Below, piece after piece: positions 18,062 through 26,817 of a stretch of 56,154 bases of DNA. Source of the DNA: Patescibacteria group bacterium. GTDB lineage: Bacteria > Patescibacteriota > Minisyncoccia > Phycocordibacterales > WO2-35-19. Every line of letters starts with the position of its first letter. Within the stretch, counting starts at the first letter, position 1. The stretch spans positions 1 to 56,154 of the forward strand of contig JBBUFS010000011.1 of the NCBI GenBank assembly GCA_038056395.1, read 5' to 3'. A model generated the notes under the pieces. The model searched no databases, was not told the origin of the DNA, and saw nothing but the letters and a program-made list of their open reading frames with translations. Position numbers and translations under genes: made by a program.

Positions 18062-19006
18062 TTAGCGTGTTGTCGGGATTTTCATCCCCGGATGGGACTC
18101 ATAATCCCAAAGTTCGAAGTGGTCAGCCGTGAAATCAAAGATGTTATCCACCTTCTGGCCCTCTTCGGTTAGTATGAGACGGGGGAATGGATAAGGCTTT
18201 CTTGTCAGAAGCTCATCCACCCCTTCGATTTGATCCTCGTAAATCTGAGCGTCGTTTATTTTGAGGATAAACTTGTAAGGTTCGTATCCGCAAATGTGAG
18301 CAAGGTAGATAACGAGAGCGGCGTATTGGATGATGTTGGAAACGCCACCCACAGCCACATCTTGCGATCTTTGTACCATGGTCAATACTAGAAGTTTGCC
18401 ATTAATCACGGTGCACTGAATCGTGGTGCCATGACAGGGCGCGACTGCCACTTGGCGCTTGTGCTTCGAGTGTTGCATGGCAAGAGGCGGAATCCAGGTG
18501 GTAATCACATGGCCATTCAGAGCCGGTCCGTCTTTTAATGATTGAACCAGATTCTCTACTTGATTGAACGGCTTGTATTCCCACTGGCCGGTTTTCTCGT
18601 TCAATTCAAAGTGTGGGTAAATGTTTAAAGCCGGTCCGTAAGAACCAGGCCCTAAATCTCCCGGTGGCAAGTTGAAGTAGGAGCATTGCTCATCGGTAAC
18701 CCACTGTGCCCACCAATCGCAACCAGCCTCCACCATTTCCTGTTGAGTGTGAATCCCTTTCATAAACTGCAGAAGTTCAGCGACAGGCTTTTTCCAGAAG
18801 GGAATCCTTCTCTCAGTGCATATAGGAAACCCATTGCGCAGGTTGTAAATCAAATTCGGGGTTTCCAAATTTGTCCAACGACCGTACTTTTGGTGGGGAT
18901 GCTTTTGCAAAAACGTTTCAGGCGAATTACGGATAAATCGCAACAAATCGGAATATTGCGTATCTGAAGTCCGTTCCAGATACGGCTTATATGGTATTGT
19001 TGTCAT
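18062..19006 (-). CDS. thyA: Thymidylate synthase ThyA (divergent)
   Basis: GFP..T, GDLGP, APCH catalytic Cys, QRS.D...G..N and Y..HP..K motifs; start placed at MTTIPY. Confidence 0.9.
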   Translation of the reverse strand: MTTIPYKPYLERTSDTQYSDLLRFIRNSPETFLQKHPHQKYGRWTNLETPNLIYNLRNGFPICTERRIPFWKKPVAELLQFMKGIHTQQEMVEAGCDWWAQWVTDEQCSYFNLPPGDLGPGSYGPALNIYPHFELNEKTGQWEYKPFNQVENLVQSLKDGPALNGHVITTWIPPLAMQHSKHKRQVAVAPCHGTTIQCTVINGKLLVLTMVQRSQDVAVGGVSNIIQYAALVIYLAHICGYEPYKFILKINDAQIYEDQIEGVDELLTRKPYPFPRLILTEEGQKVDNIFDFTADHFELWDYESHPGMKIPTTR

Positions 19007-19077
19007 GTCAAAACAACTCCTGTCCCATATTCTCCACAAAAATAGAAAAGAAGCAAATTTGTGGTATAGTGCAGGCA

Positions 19078-20286
19078 ATGAAAGATCCACAAATCAAAAA
19101 ATTGATAGAGCAAGAGAAGAAGAGGCAAAAAAAGGTCATAAACCTGATTGCCTCGGAAAATTATGCATCCAAGGATGTTTTGGCGGCGTTAGGGTCGGAG
19201 CTGACTAATAAATACGCCGAAGGCTATGCGGGAAAAAGATATTATGGGGGCAATGAAATAGTTGATAAAATTGAAAATTTATGCAAAGAGCGCGCTTTGA
19301 AATTATTCGGACTCTCGCCCCAAAAATGGCATGTCAATGTTCAGCCATTATCGGGTTCTCCGGCGAATCTGGCAGTTTATTTGGCACTCTTGGGCGGAGC
19401 CGACTTCACTAAAAATCACATTGAGCCGAAGAAAATAATGGGTATGTCTTTAGACCATGGCGGCCATTTGACTCACGGGCACAAAGTTTCAGCTAGCGGA
19501 AAATTCTGGACACAGATTTCCTACGGAGTAGATAAAAAAACGGAGCAGCTTGATTACGATGAAATAAAAAGAATAGCTTTAAGAGAAAAGCCGGATATAA
19601 TCGTTGCCGGATATACCGCTTACTCCCGTAAAATAGATTGGAAAAAATTCAAAATAATAGCCGACGTCTGCGGCGCATATTTGATGGCAGATATTTCCCA
19701 CATCGCGGGTCTAGTGGCTGCCGGAGAACACCTTTCGCCTTTTCTATATTGCGATGTGGTAACCTCGACTACCCACAAAACATTGCGCGGCCCTCGGGCG
19801 GCTTTGATTTTTTCCAAAATAGATTCAAGGGAAATTTACAAAAAAATAGACAAAGCGGTTTTCCCGGGATTACAAGGCGGGCCGCATCTCAATAATATCG
19901 CTTCGGTCGCCATAGCTCTAGCGGAAGCGAACCAGCCGTCCTTTAAAAAATATATCAAACAAGTTGTCAGAAACGCCAAAGCCATGTCGGAAGAGTTTAA
20001 AAAACTTGGCTGGCGGGTGATTTCAGGCGGCACAGATACTCATCTGTTTTTGCTTGATACTATGTCGCGGGGGATTTCAGGCAAACAGGCCAGCGAACTG
20101 CTTGAGCAAAATGGTATTATTGTGAATAAGAATGCAATCCCGTTTGATTCCCGCCCGCCCATGGACCCTTCCGGCATCCGTATTGGCGCTCCGGCTGAAA
20201 CTACTCGCGGCAGAAAAGAAAAAGATTTCATCCGAATTGCCAGAAAAATAGACGGGATTTTAAGGGCAGAAGTTGGTAATATTTAA
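19078..20286 (+). CDS. glyA: Serine hydroxymethyltransferase
   Basis: LIASEN, NKYAEGY...RYYGG, GGHLTHG and TTHKTLRGPR motifs. Confidence 0.97.
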   Translation: MKDPQIKKLIEQEKKRQKKVINLIASENYASKDVLAALGSELTNKYAEGYAGKRYYGGNEIVDKIENLCKERALKLFGLSPQKWHVNVQPLSGSPANLAVYLALLGGADFTKNHIEPKKIMGMSLDHGGHLTHGHKVSASGKFWTQISYGVDKKTEQLDYDEIKRIALREKPDIIVAGYTAYSRKIDWKKFKIIADVCGAYLMADISHIAGLVAAGEHLSPFLYCDVVTSTTHKTLRGPRAALIFSKIDSREIYKKIDKAVFPGLQGGPHLNNIASVAIALAEANQPSFKKYIKQVVRNAKAMSEEFKKLGWRVISGGTDTHLFLLDTMSRGISGKQASELLEQNGIIVNKNAIPFDSRPPMDPSGIRIGAPAETTRGRKEKDFIRIARKIDGILRAEVGNI

Positions 20287-20289
20287 ATA

Positions 20290-20823
20290 ATGAAAGCGAA
20301 AGATAGAAAAATTGCCATGACGGATTTGGAAACCAGCGGGGATGTTTTTGGGACGCATGAAATTTTGGAAATCGGGCTTGTGGTTTTTGACCAAAAAACT
20401 TTTGAAATAGCAGATACTTTAAATATCAAAATCAAACCTCTTCATATTGAAAACGCTGTTCCCGCCGCTCTTGAAAGAAATGGGTATAACGAGAAGGATT
20501 GGAAAGAAGCGGTCTCTTTGGAAGAAGCCATCAAAACTTATGCCGATAAAACCAAAGACTGCATTTTTTGCGCTTACAATGTCTCGTTTGATTGGGGGTT
20601 TATGAACGAAGCGTTCAGGAATACAAAAGTTAAAGACGAGATGGATTATCACCGCCTTGACCTCTTATCAATCGTTTGGGAAAAGGGCCTAAAAAATGAG
20701 GATAGCTTTAGCCTCAAAACAGCATGTAAACTTTTTGGGGTTCCACCGGAACCAGACCCTCATTCCGCCCCAAACGGAGCTATGACGGCTTATGAATTAT
20801 TTAAAAAACTGCAAAATAAATGA
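20290..20823 (+). CDS. DEDDh-family 3'-5' exonuclease
   Basis: DLETSG, YNVSFD and H.A motifs; the final Asp appears as Gly (HSAPNGA), so activity is uncertain. Confidence 0.8.
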   Translation: MKAKDRKIAMTDLETSGDVFGTHEILEIGLVVFDQKTFEIADTLNIKIKPLHIENAVPAALERNGYNEKDWKEAVSLEEAIKTYADKTKDCIFCAYNVSFDWGFMNEAFRNTKVKDEMDYHRLDLLSIVWEKGLKNEDSFSLKTACKLFGVPPEPDPHSAPNGAMTAYELFKKLQNK

Positions 20824-22496
20824 ACATAAAAGAAAAAATAGAAAACTGGATAAAAGAAACACTCAAAATTGAAGGAGATTTTGTATTGGCGCATTCCAAA
20901 GATCTGAAAAATGGCGATTATTCTTTTTTTGCACCCCAAAATGTAAATGAATTCGACCAATCCTTAAATGAAAACAAAATTCCGGAAATCTCGGAAATTA
21001 AAATTGCTGGCAACTTCATAAACTTTTATTTATCAAAAGAATTTTTTGCCTATTCAGTCAAAGAAATTTTGAAAGAAAAAGAAAAATACGGGCAAAATAA
21101 ATTGCTTGATGGCCAGAAGATAATGGTTGACTACACCGACCCGAATCCATTTAAAGAATTTCATATAGGTCACCTAATGAGTAATGCTATAGGCGAATCA
21201 GTTTGCAGGATATTAGACTTTAATGGCGCCGAAGTGATTAGGGTTTGTTATCAGGGTGATGTGGGATTACAAGTTGCCAAGGCAATATGGGGCATATTGC
21301 AAAATAAAAAAGATTTTCCCAAAGATGACGCTTCTCTATCGGAAAAAATTGCTTATTTGGGCGAAGCCTATGTATTAGGTTCGCAAAAATATAGCGATGA
21401 CAAAAAAGCTACGGAGGAAATTGTTCAAATAAATAAAAAAATTTTTGAAAAGTCTAACGAAGAAATAAACACTATTTATAAAAAGGGGAGAGAATGGAGT
21501 CTTTTGCATTTTGACGAAATTTACGAAAAGCTTGGCACGAAGTTTGATCATATCATTCCAGAATCCTCGGTTATTGAAGATGGGCAAAAGATTGTTGAAG
21601 AATTTTTAGATAAAGGCATATTTGAAAAAAGCGATGGAGCCGTAGTATTTCGCGGCGAAAACTACGGGCTACATACTAGAGTTTTCATAAATTTCCAAGG
21701 ATTACCAACATATGAGGCCAAGGATTTGGGTCTTGCTAAAAAGAAAACCGAACTGGAAAAGAATTTAGATGTCTCAATTATTGTAACGGCCAATGAACAA
21801 AGCGATTATTTCAAAGTGGTTTTCAAAGCAATAAGTTTTATTTATCCTGAATACGCAAAAATTTCAAAACATTTAGGGCACGGCATACTTCGCTTTGCTT
21901 CGGGTAAAATGTCCTCGCGGGAAGGCAACGTAATCACTGGCGAATCACTGATTTTCCAAGTTGAGGGTTTAGTCAAGGGAAAAGTAGAGGATAGGGATTA
22001 TTCTGAAAAAGAAAAAGAGGAAATCATTCAGAAAGTGGCTATCGGGGCAATCAAATATTCCATACTGCGGCAGGCCATAGGAGGGGATATTATTTTTGAT
22101 TTTGATAAATCTATTTCTTTTGAAGGAGATTCAGGACCGTATCTCCAATATGCGTGTGTGCGCGCCAATTCGATTTTGGAAAAAGCTAAAGTGTCAAGGA
22201 GCGTCCTTGACATGTCAAAGATGCCCTTTGACACTTGGAAGACGACGGAGCTGGAAAGGTATTTGTACAGATTTCCGGAAGTGGTGGAGAGAGCTGGTAG
22301 GGAATACGCGCCGCACTATATTGTTACTTATCTAACTGAACTGGCCAGTATTTTTAACAGCTTTTATGCTGGTAATAAAATCATAGACGAGAATGATCCA
22401 AATTCTCCTTACAAAATAACTCTGACCCAAGCTGTTGCCTACATTCTCAAATACGGTCTCCATCTTCTAGGCATCAAAGTGCCGGAAAAAATGTAA
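20820..22496 (+). CDS. argS: Arginine--tRNA ligase
   Basis: PNPFKEFHIGH, KMSSREGN, GDSGPYLQYA and GI.VPEKM motifs. Confidence 0.97.
   Translation: MNIKEKIENWIKETLKIEGDFVLAHSKDLKNGDYSFFAPQNVNEFDQSLNENKIPEISEIKIAGNFINFYLSKEFFAYSVKEILKEKEKYGQNKLLDGQKIMVDYTDPNPFKEFHIGHLMSNAIGESVCRILDFNGAEVIRVCYQGDVGLQVAKAIWGILQNKKDFPKDDASLSEKIAYLGEAYVLGSQKYSDDKKATEEIVQINKKIFEKSNEEINTIYKKGREWSLLHFDEIYEKLGTKFDHIIPESSVIEDGQKIVEEFLDKGIFEKSDGAVVFRGENYGLHTRVFINFQGLPTYEAKDLGLAKKKTELEKNLDVSIIVTANEQSDYFKVVFKAISFIYPEYAKISKHLGHGILRFASGKMSSREGNVITGESLIFQVEGLVKGKVEDRDYSEKEKEEIIQKVAIGAIKYSILRQAIGGDIIFDFDKSISFEGDSGPYLQYACVRANSILEKAKVSRSVLDMSKMPFDTWKTTELERYLYRFPEVVERAGREYAPHYIVTYLTELASIFNSFYAGNKIIDENDPNSPYKITLTQAVAYILKYGLHLLGIKVPEKM
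22189..22236. repeat. Family-A tandem mini-hairpins, in frame inside argS
   Basis: GTCAAGGA-GCG-TCCTTGAC plus TGTCAAAG-ATGCC-CTTTGACA; 22210-22235 is identical to 53670-53695. Confidence 0.85.
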
Positions 22497-22539
22497 ATCT
22501 GTTTTACTTAAATTGAGCTGAAAGTGATAAAATGAAATC

Positions 22540-23070
22540 ATGGATATTTTTTCCCACGGCTTATATGGCGGAGTGGCTCTTGGCCGAAAAAGCAAGAAAG
22601 ATTATTTGATTGCTTTTCTGTTTGGTATAGGGCCAGACCTTTTGTCTTTTGGGCCGTTTGTCTTATCTGCCATGCTAGGATTTGGGGCTTGGCCAAATGG
22701 CGGTCCGAAATCGTCGGACGCTATTTCAGACTTGGGTCCGTTTGGGAAACTTCCTATATTTCCTGATATCGTCCATTTTCTTTACAGCGCCACTCACAGC
22801 CTGGTCATATACGCGCTATTTTTCGCTTTGCTTTGGTGGTTGGGAAAGAAAAATTTTACCAAGCTCACTTTGGCCTGGCCGCTCCATATTTTGGTTGATA
22901 TTCCGACCCATTCGGCCGACTTTTTTCCGACTCATTTTTTGTGGCCAGTGTCAAATTTTTTTATAGACGGCATTTCCTGGGCCCGTCCAATCATATTTAT
23001 TCCAAATGTGATAATTATCCTCATTCTCTATTTGTATTGGTATATGAAGAAGAGAAAAATAAAAGTTTGA
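22540..23070 (+). CDS. Membrane-bound metal-dependent hydrolase (YdjM/DUF457-like)
   Basis: MD..SH, PD, THSL and HILVDIPTH motifs with TM segments. Confidence 0.8.
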   Translation: MDIFSHGLYGGVALGRKSKKDYLIAFLFGIGPDLLSFGPFVLSAMLGFGAWPNGGPKSSDAISDLGPFGKLPIFPDIVHFLYSATHSLVIYALFFALLWWLGKKNFTKLTLAWPLHILVDIPTHSADFFPTHFLWPVSNFFIDGISWARPIIFIPNVIIILILYLYWYMKKRKIKV

Positions 23071-23097
23071 CAATAGGAGCTTATTTGATAGTATATT
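23067..23097 (+). promoter_or_regulatory. Promoter for the rpsS-rplE block
   Basis: TTGACA at 23067; TAGTAT/TATATT at 23089-23097. Confidence 0.55.
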
Positions 23098-23122
23098 ACA
23101 CAAGCTCGTTTGAGCTTTTATT

Positions 23123-23467
23123 ATGTCAAGGTCGCTTAAAAAGGGCCCTTATGTTGACACAAGGGTGCTTAAAAAGGTAGAAGGAAAAAAGCCGCAGGAC
23201 ACTGGGGTTATTAAAACTTGGTCCAGAGCTTGCGCTATTTCTCCGGAAATGATCGGTTTCACTTTCGGGGTGCATAACGGCCGGGACCATATTGAAGTTT
23301 TTATCAGTGAAGATATGGTCGGCCACAAATTGGGGGAATTTTCACTGACCCGCAAATTTATAAAGCACGGAGGCAAAATGCAGAAAGATTTGGAAGCCAA
23401 GAAAAAAGAGGATGAAATAAACGCCGCCAAGGGCGCTAAAGCCGCAGCAGAAACAGCTAAAAAGTAA
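23123..23467 (+). CDS. rpsS: 30S ribosomal protein S19
   Basis: [15 protein letters not shown] and MVGHKLGEF motifs. Confidence 0.97.
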   Translation: MSRSLKKGPYVDTRVLKKVEGKKPQDTGVIKTWSRACAISPEMIGFTFGVHNGRDHIEVFISEDMVGHKLGEFSLTRKFIKHGGKMQKDLEAKKKEDEINAAKGAKAAAETAKK

Positions 23468-23479
23468 TTAAAATTATTT

Positions 23480-23821
23480 ATGACAGAAATAACAGCACAA
23501 CTGAATAGCTATCGCCAATCGCCGAGAAAAGTAAGAATAGTGGCTGACGCTTTAAAGGGCAAGTCTGTCAAAGAAGCCAAAAACAGACTGGATTTTGTTA
23601 CCAAACGAGCCACCGGTCCCTTACACAAGCTTTTGAATTCAGCTATTGCCAATGCCAAAAATTTGGGAGCAAACGCGGATAATCTCTGGATTAAATCCAT
23701 TACCGTTAATGGCGGCAAGATATTGTACAGGCGCCGACCTGTTTCTCATGGTTCAGCCCATCCTATTCACAAGCGCACTTCGCACATTAAATTTGTCCTA
23801 TCGGACAAATTAAAAGATTAA
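23480..23821 (+). CDS. rplV: 50S ribosomal protein L22
   Basis: RQSPRKVR, LLNSAIANA and IHKRTSHI motifs. Confidence 0.97.
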   Translation: MTEITAQLNSYRQSPRKVRIVADALKGKSVKEAKNRLDFVTKRATGPLHKLLNSAIANAKNLGANADNLWIKSITVNGGKILYRRRPVSHGSAHPIHKRTSHIKFVLSDKLKD

Positions 23822-23854
23822 TTTTGCATTTTGATTTTTAAATTTTAAATTATC

Positions 23855-24529
23855 ATGACTCATACCGTACATCCATATGCGCATAGATTAGGCATTATTC
23901 GCGATTGGCGGTCGCGCTGGTTTGGAGTTAAATCCAAATACAAGGAAAATTTGAAAGGAGATATTTTAATTTTTGAATATTTAAAAAAACGTCTGAAAGG
24001 GTCTTTTGTAAACTCCATTGAAATTGAAAGAAGTGTTAAAATTTTCAGAATTATTATTGAAACTTCCCGCCCGGGGCTGATTATAGGTCGAAGCGGAGAG
24101 GGTATGATAAAACTTCGCGATGATATTGTTCATTTTATGAAGCGCCGCGACCTAAGCTTTAAAGAGGAGCTGAAGATAGATATAAAAGAAGTAAAATCGC
24201 CTGAATCAAGCGCTATGATAGTGGCTCAAATGGTGGCTGAGGGGCTTGAAAAAAGGATGCCTTTTAGAAGAGTAATGAAAACCATGGTTGAAAAAGCTTT
24301 TGCCAACCGCGATGTTCAGGGCGTTAAAATCACTTTGGCTGGCATTATGGGCGGTTCCAATATGGCCAGAATAGAGACTAAAAAAGTTGGCCGCATTCCT
24401 TTGCAGACCTTGCGGGCCGATATTGATTATGCTTTTTACGAGGCCCATTTGCCGCTTGGAAAAATCGGCATAAAGGTTTGGATTTATAAAGGAGAAATTT
24501 TTAATAAAGATAAAAGCGTAAAATCGTAA
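23855..24529 (+). CDS. rpsC: 30S ribosomal protein S3
   Basis: HP...RLG, RPGLIIGR and PLQTLRADIDY motifs. Confidence 0.97.
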   Translation: MTHTVHPYAHRLGIIRDWRSRWFGVKSKYKENLKGDILIFEYLKKRLKGSFVNSIEIERSVKIFRIIIETSRPGLIIGRSGEGMIKLRDDIVHFMKRRDLSFKEELKIDIKEVKSPESSAMIVAQMVAEGLEKRMPFRRVMKTMVEKAFANRDVQGVKITLAGIMGGSNMARIETKKVGRIPLQTLRADIDYAFYEAHLPLGKIGIKVWIYKGEIFNKDKSVKS

Positions 24530-24539
24530 ATTTAATATC

Positions 24540-24959
24540 ATGCTTTTTCCAAAAAAAGTTAAATATAGAAAATGGCACACTATGCGCCAGAACCCAAAAA
24601 AAGTCGGGCCGGCTACCCGTGGCGTCAATGTCTCTTTTGGTTCTCATGGCTTAAAAGCTATGGCTCCGGGCCGAATTACTTCCAATCAGATTGAGTCGGC
24701 CAGAAAAGTTATCACCCGCAATTTAGGCAAAACTGGCCGAGTTTGGATACGCATTTTTCCTGATATGCCCTTTACCAAAAAACCGGCAGAGGTAAAAATG
24801 GGCAAAGGCAAAGGAGATATAGAAGGATATTGCGCCAGAGTTTTGGCCGGGCAAGTGATGTTTGAAGTGGATGGAACGCTGGCCCCGGTGGCCATAGAGT
24901 CTTTGCGCAAAGGCGGCACTAAGATGCCTATAAAAACGAAAGTAGTTGCAAGAAATTAA
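24540..24959 (+). CDS. rplP: 50S ribosomal protein L16
   Basis: MLFPKKVKYRK, WIRIFPD and MGKGKG motifs. Confidence 0.97.
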   Translation: MLFPKKVKYRKWHTMRQNPKKVGPATRGVNVSFGSHGLKAMAPGRITSNQIESARKVITRNLGKTGRVWIRIFPDMPFTKKPAEVKMGKGKGDIEGYCARVLAGQVMFEVDGTLAPVAIESLRKGGTKMPIKTKVVARN

Positions 24960-24968
24960 AACAAAAAT

Positions 24969-25151
24969 ATGAAAAAAGAATCATTAAAAAAAAGCAGGGC
25001 GGATTTGATAAAAGAGCTTGACGAGAAACGGCTCTCTTTGCGCGAGATTAGATTCGGCTTGGCCGGCAGCAAGAGCAAGAATGTCAAAGAGCAAAAAATG
25101 ATCAAAAAGAATATCGCCAGGATTGAAACCGCACTCAATAAGATGAATTAA
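24969..25151 (+). CDS. rpmC: 50S ribosomal protein L29
   Basis: RF...KKNIARI.T pattern; position between rplP and rpsQ. Confidence 0.92.
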   Translation: MKKESLKKSRADLIKELDEKRLSLREIRFGLAGSKSKNVKEQKMIKKNIARIETALNKMN

Positions 25152-25156
25152 AAATT

Positions 25157-25417
25157 ATGGATAAAGCAAAAATAAAAAGTAATAAGACGCAAAAAACCGG
25201 AAGAGCGCTAGCGGGTGTAGTGGTATCAGACAAGATGAAAGATACTTGCGTGGTTTTAGTTACCAGATTTGTCAAACACAAAAAGTATAAAAAATATTAC
25301 AAGGTCAGCAAAAAATTCAAAGCCCATGATGCCGGCAATACTAAAAAAGTTGGAGATAAGGTAAAGATAAAAGAAAGCAAACCAATTTCCAAGGATAAGC
25401 ATTTTATAATTGTATGA
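25157..25417 (+). CDS. rpsQ: 30S ribosomal protein S17
   Basis: GVVVSDKM, KAHD and E.KPISK.K motifs. Confidence 0.96.
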   Translation: MDKAKIKSNKTQKTGRALAGVVVSDKMKDTCVVLVTRFVKHKKYKKYYKVSKKFKAHDAGNTKKVGDKVKIKESKPISKDKHFIIV

Positions 25418-25791
25418 TTCAACCAAGAACAATAGTAAAAATAGCGGACAATTCCGGAGCCAAAATAGGTCGGGTTTTTAAGATATTGGGTAGCTCCAAA
25501 AAAAGATACGCCAAAATCGGCGAACTGGTTATTTTTTCCGTTCAAAAAGCCGAGCCCCGCAAAGAAATAAAAAAGAAGGCGGTGCTTTTGGGCTTAGTAG
25601 TTCGCCAAAAGGCCCCGCTCAGGAGAAAAGACGGCTCTTATATCCGTTTTGATGAAAATGCGGTTATTGTGGTAGAACAAAAAAAGAGCGAGATTATCCC
25701 CAAAGCCGGACGCATCTTTGGTCCCATTCCGAGAGAAATCGCCGAACTGGGGTATCAAGCGATTGTTTCTTTGGCCCCTGAAGTCATATGA
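25414..25791 (+). CDS. rplN: 50S ribosomal protein L14
   Basis: MIQ...ADNSGAK, FDENA, RIFGP and SLAPEV motifs. Confidence 0.97.
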   Translation: MIQPRTIVKIADNSGAKIGRVFKILGSSKKRYAKIGELVIFSVQKAEPRKEIKKKAVLLGLVVRQKAPLRRKDGSYIRFDENAVIVVEQKKSEIIPKAGRIFGPIPREIAELGYQAIVSLAPEVI

Positions 25792-26003
25792 AAATAAAAA
25801 AAGGAGATAAAGTAATAGTGATCACCGGCAAAGAAAAAGGCAAATCGGGGCCTGTTATAAAAGCCTTCCCCAAAGATTTTATGGTTTTGGTTGAAGGATT
25901 GAATAAAAAGAAATTGCACAAAAAACCAAAAAGGAAAAATGAAAAGGGTAAAATCATAGAACAAGCAACACCGATTCATGTGTCAAATGTTAGGAAGATA
26001 TAA
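25788..26003 (+). CDS. rplX: 50S ribosomal protein L24 (short form)
   Basis: IKKGDKV.VI.GK.KGK and PIHVSNV motifs. Confidence 0.95.
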   Translation: MKIKKGDKVIVITGKEKGKSGPVIKAFPKDFMVLVEGLNKKKLHKKPKRKNEKGKIIEQATPIHVSNVRKI

Positions 26004-26012
26004 CTTACCAAA

Positions 26013-26555
26013 ATGAAAACTCAATCAATGAAAGAAAAAACAAAAGAAGCTTTTAAAGAACTCAAAGAAAAATTGGGGCTCAAAAATATTATGCAATCTC
26101 CCAAGATTGTGAAAGTAGTGGTTAATTCTGGTGTCGGCTCTTTCAGTGATAAGAAAAAAATAGATATAGTGATAGATCGGCTCGCCAGAATCACGGGACA
26201 AAAGGCCATAAAAAGGGGCGCCAAGAAATCAATCGCCACTTTTAAATCCAGAGAGGGAGATATTGTGGGAGCGCAAGTAACTTTGCGGGGCGAAAAAATG
26301 TGGGGTTTTTTAGACCGGCTTTTCAATATTGCTCTGCCCCGCACCAAAGACTTTAGAGGCATTTCTCTTGGCGCCATAGATGAAATGGGCAATTACACTT
26401 TATCTGTTAAAGAACACATAGTTTTTCCAGAAACTGCCGATGAAGACCTTAAAGATGTTTTCGGCTTTTCCGCCACCATTGTCACCAGTTTAAAAAACAA
26501 ATCCGACGCTTTGGAATTTTTCAAAGCTTTAGGTTTTCCGTTTAAGAAAAAATAA
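26013..26555 (+). CDS. rplE: 50S ribosomal protein L5
   Basis: KVVVN.GVG, ITGQK, VTLRG and PR..DFRG motifs. Confidence 0.97.
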   Translation: MKTQSMKEKTKEAFKELKEKLGLKNIMQSPKIVKVVVNSGVGSFSDKKKIDIVIDRLARITGQKAIKRGAKKSIATFKSREGDIVGAQVTLRGEKMWGFLDRLFNIALPRTKDFRGISLGAIDEMGNYTLSVKEHIVFPETADEDLKDVFGFSATIVTSLKNKSDALEFFKALGFPFKKK

Positions 26556-26570
26556 CTCCTCTTTTTCCCA

Positions 26571-26768
26571 GAAGATGACCTTTGAAGATTCTGCTTGTCC
26601 AGCGAAGCTTCAGCGGAGTTGGGCCCCAAAGGGTCATCTTCAAATTTTTCAGACCTCACCCTCGCTCCGCTCGCCCTCTCCTTGTCTAATGAGAGGGAAG
26701 ACCAAACGGCTCAACGATAATCCCGTTGAGCCGTTGGCAAAATACACAGGGTAGCCCTGTGTATTTTG
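26571..26768. repeat. Composite array of palindromic elements (family A containing a nested family B, then C, D and a perfect hairpin)
   Basis: GAAGATGACC.../...GGTCATCTTC (26571-26641); CAGACCTCACCC...GAGAGGG; AACGGCTCAACG/CGTTGAGCCGTT; CAAAATACACAGGG/CCCTGTGTATTTTG. Confidence 0.8.
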
Positions 26769-26817
26769 GTTAAATATGAGCTTGGAAAATATGGATAAAA
26801 ATGGTATGATTTTAGGA

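Noticed and set aside
18062-19006. dCMP hydroxymethylase (phage-type base modification)
   Set aside because: The specificity residue is Asn (GGVSNIIQY) as in dUMP-using ThyA, not Asp, and DHFR is adjacent.
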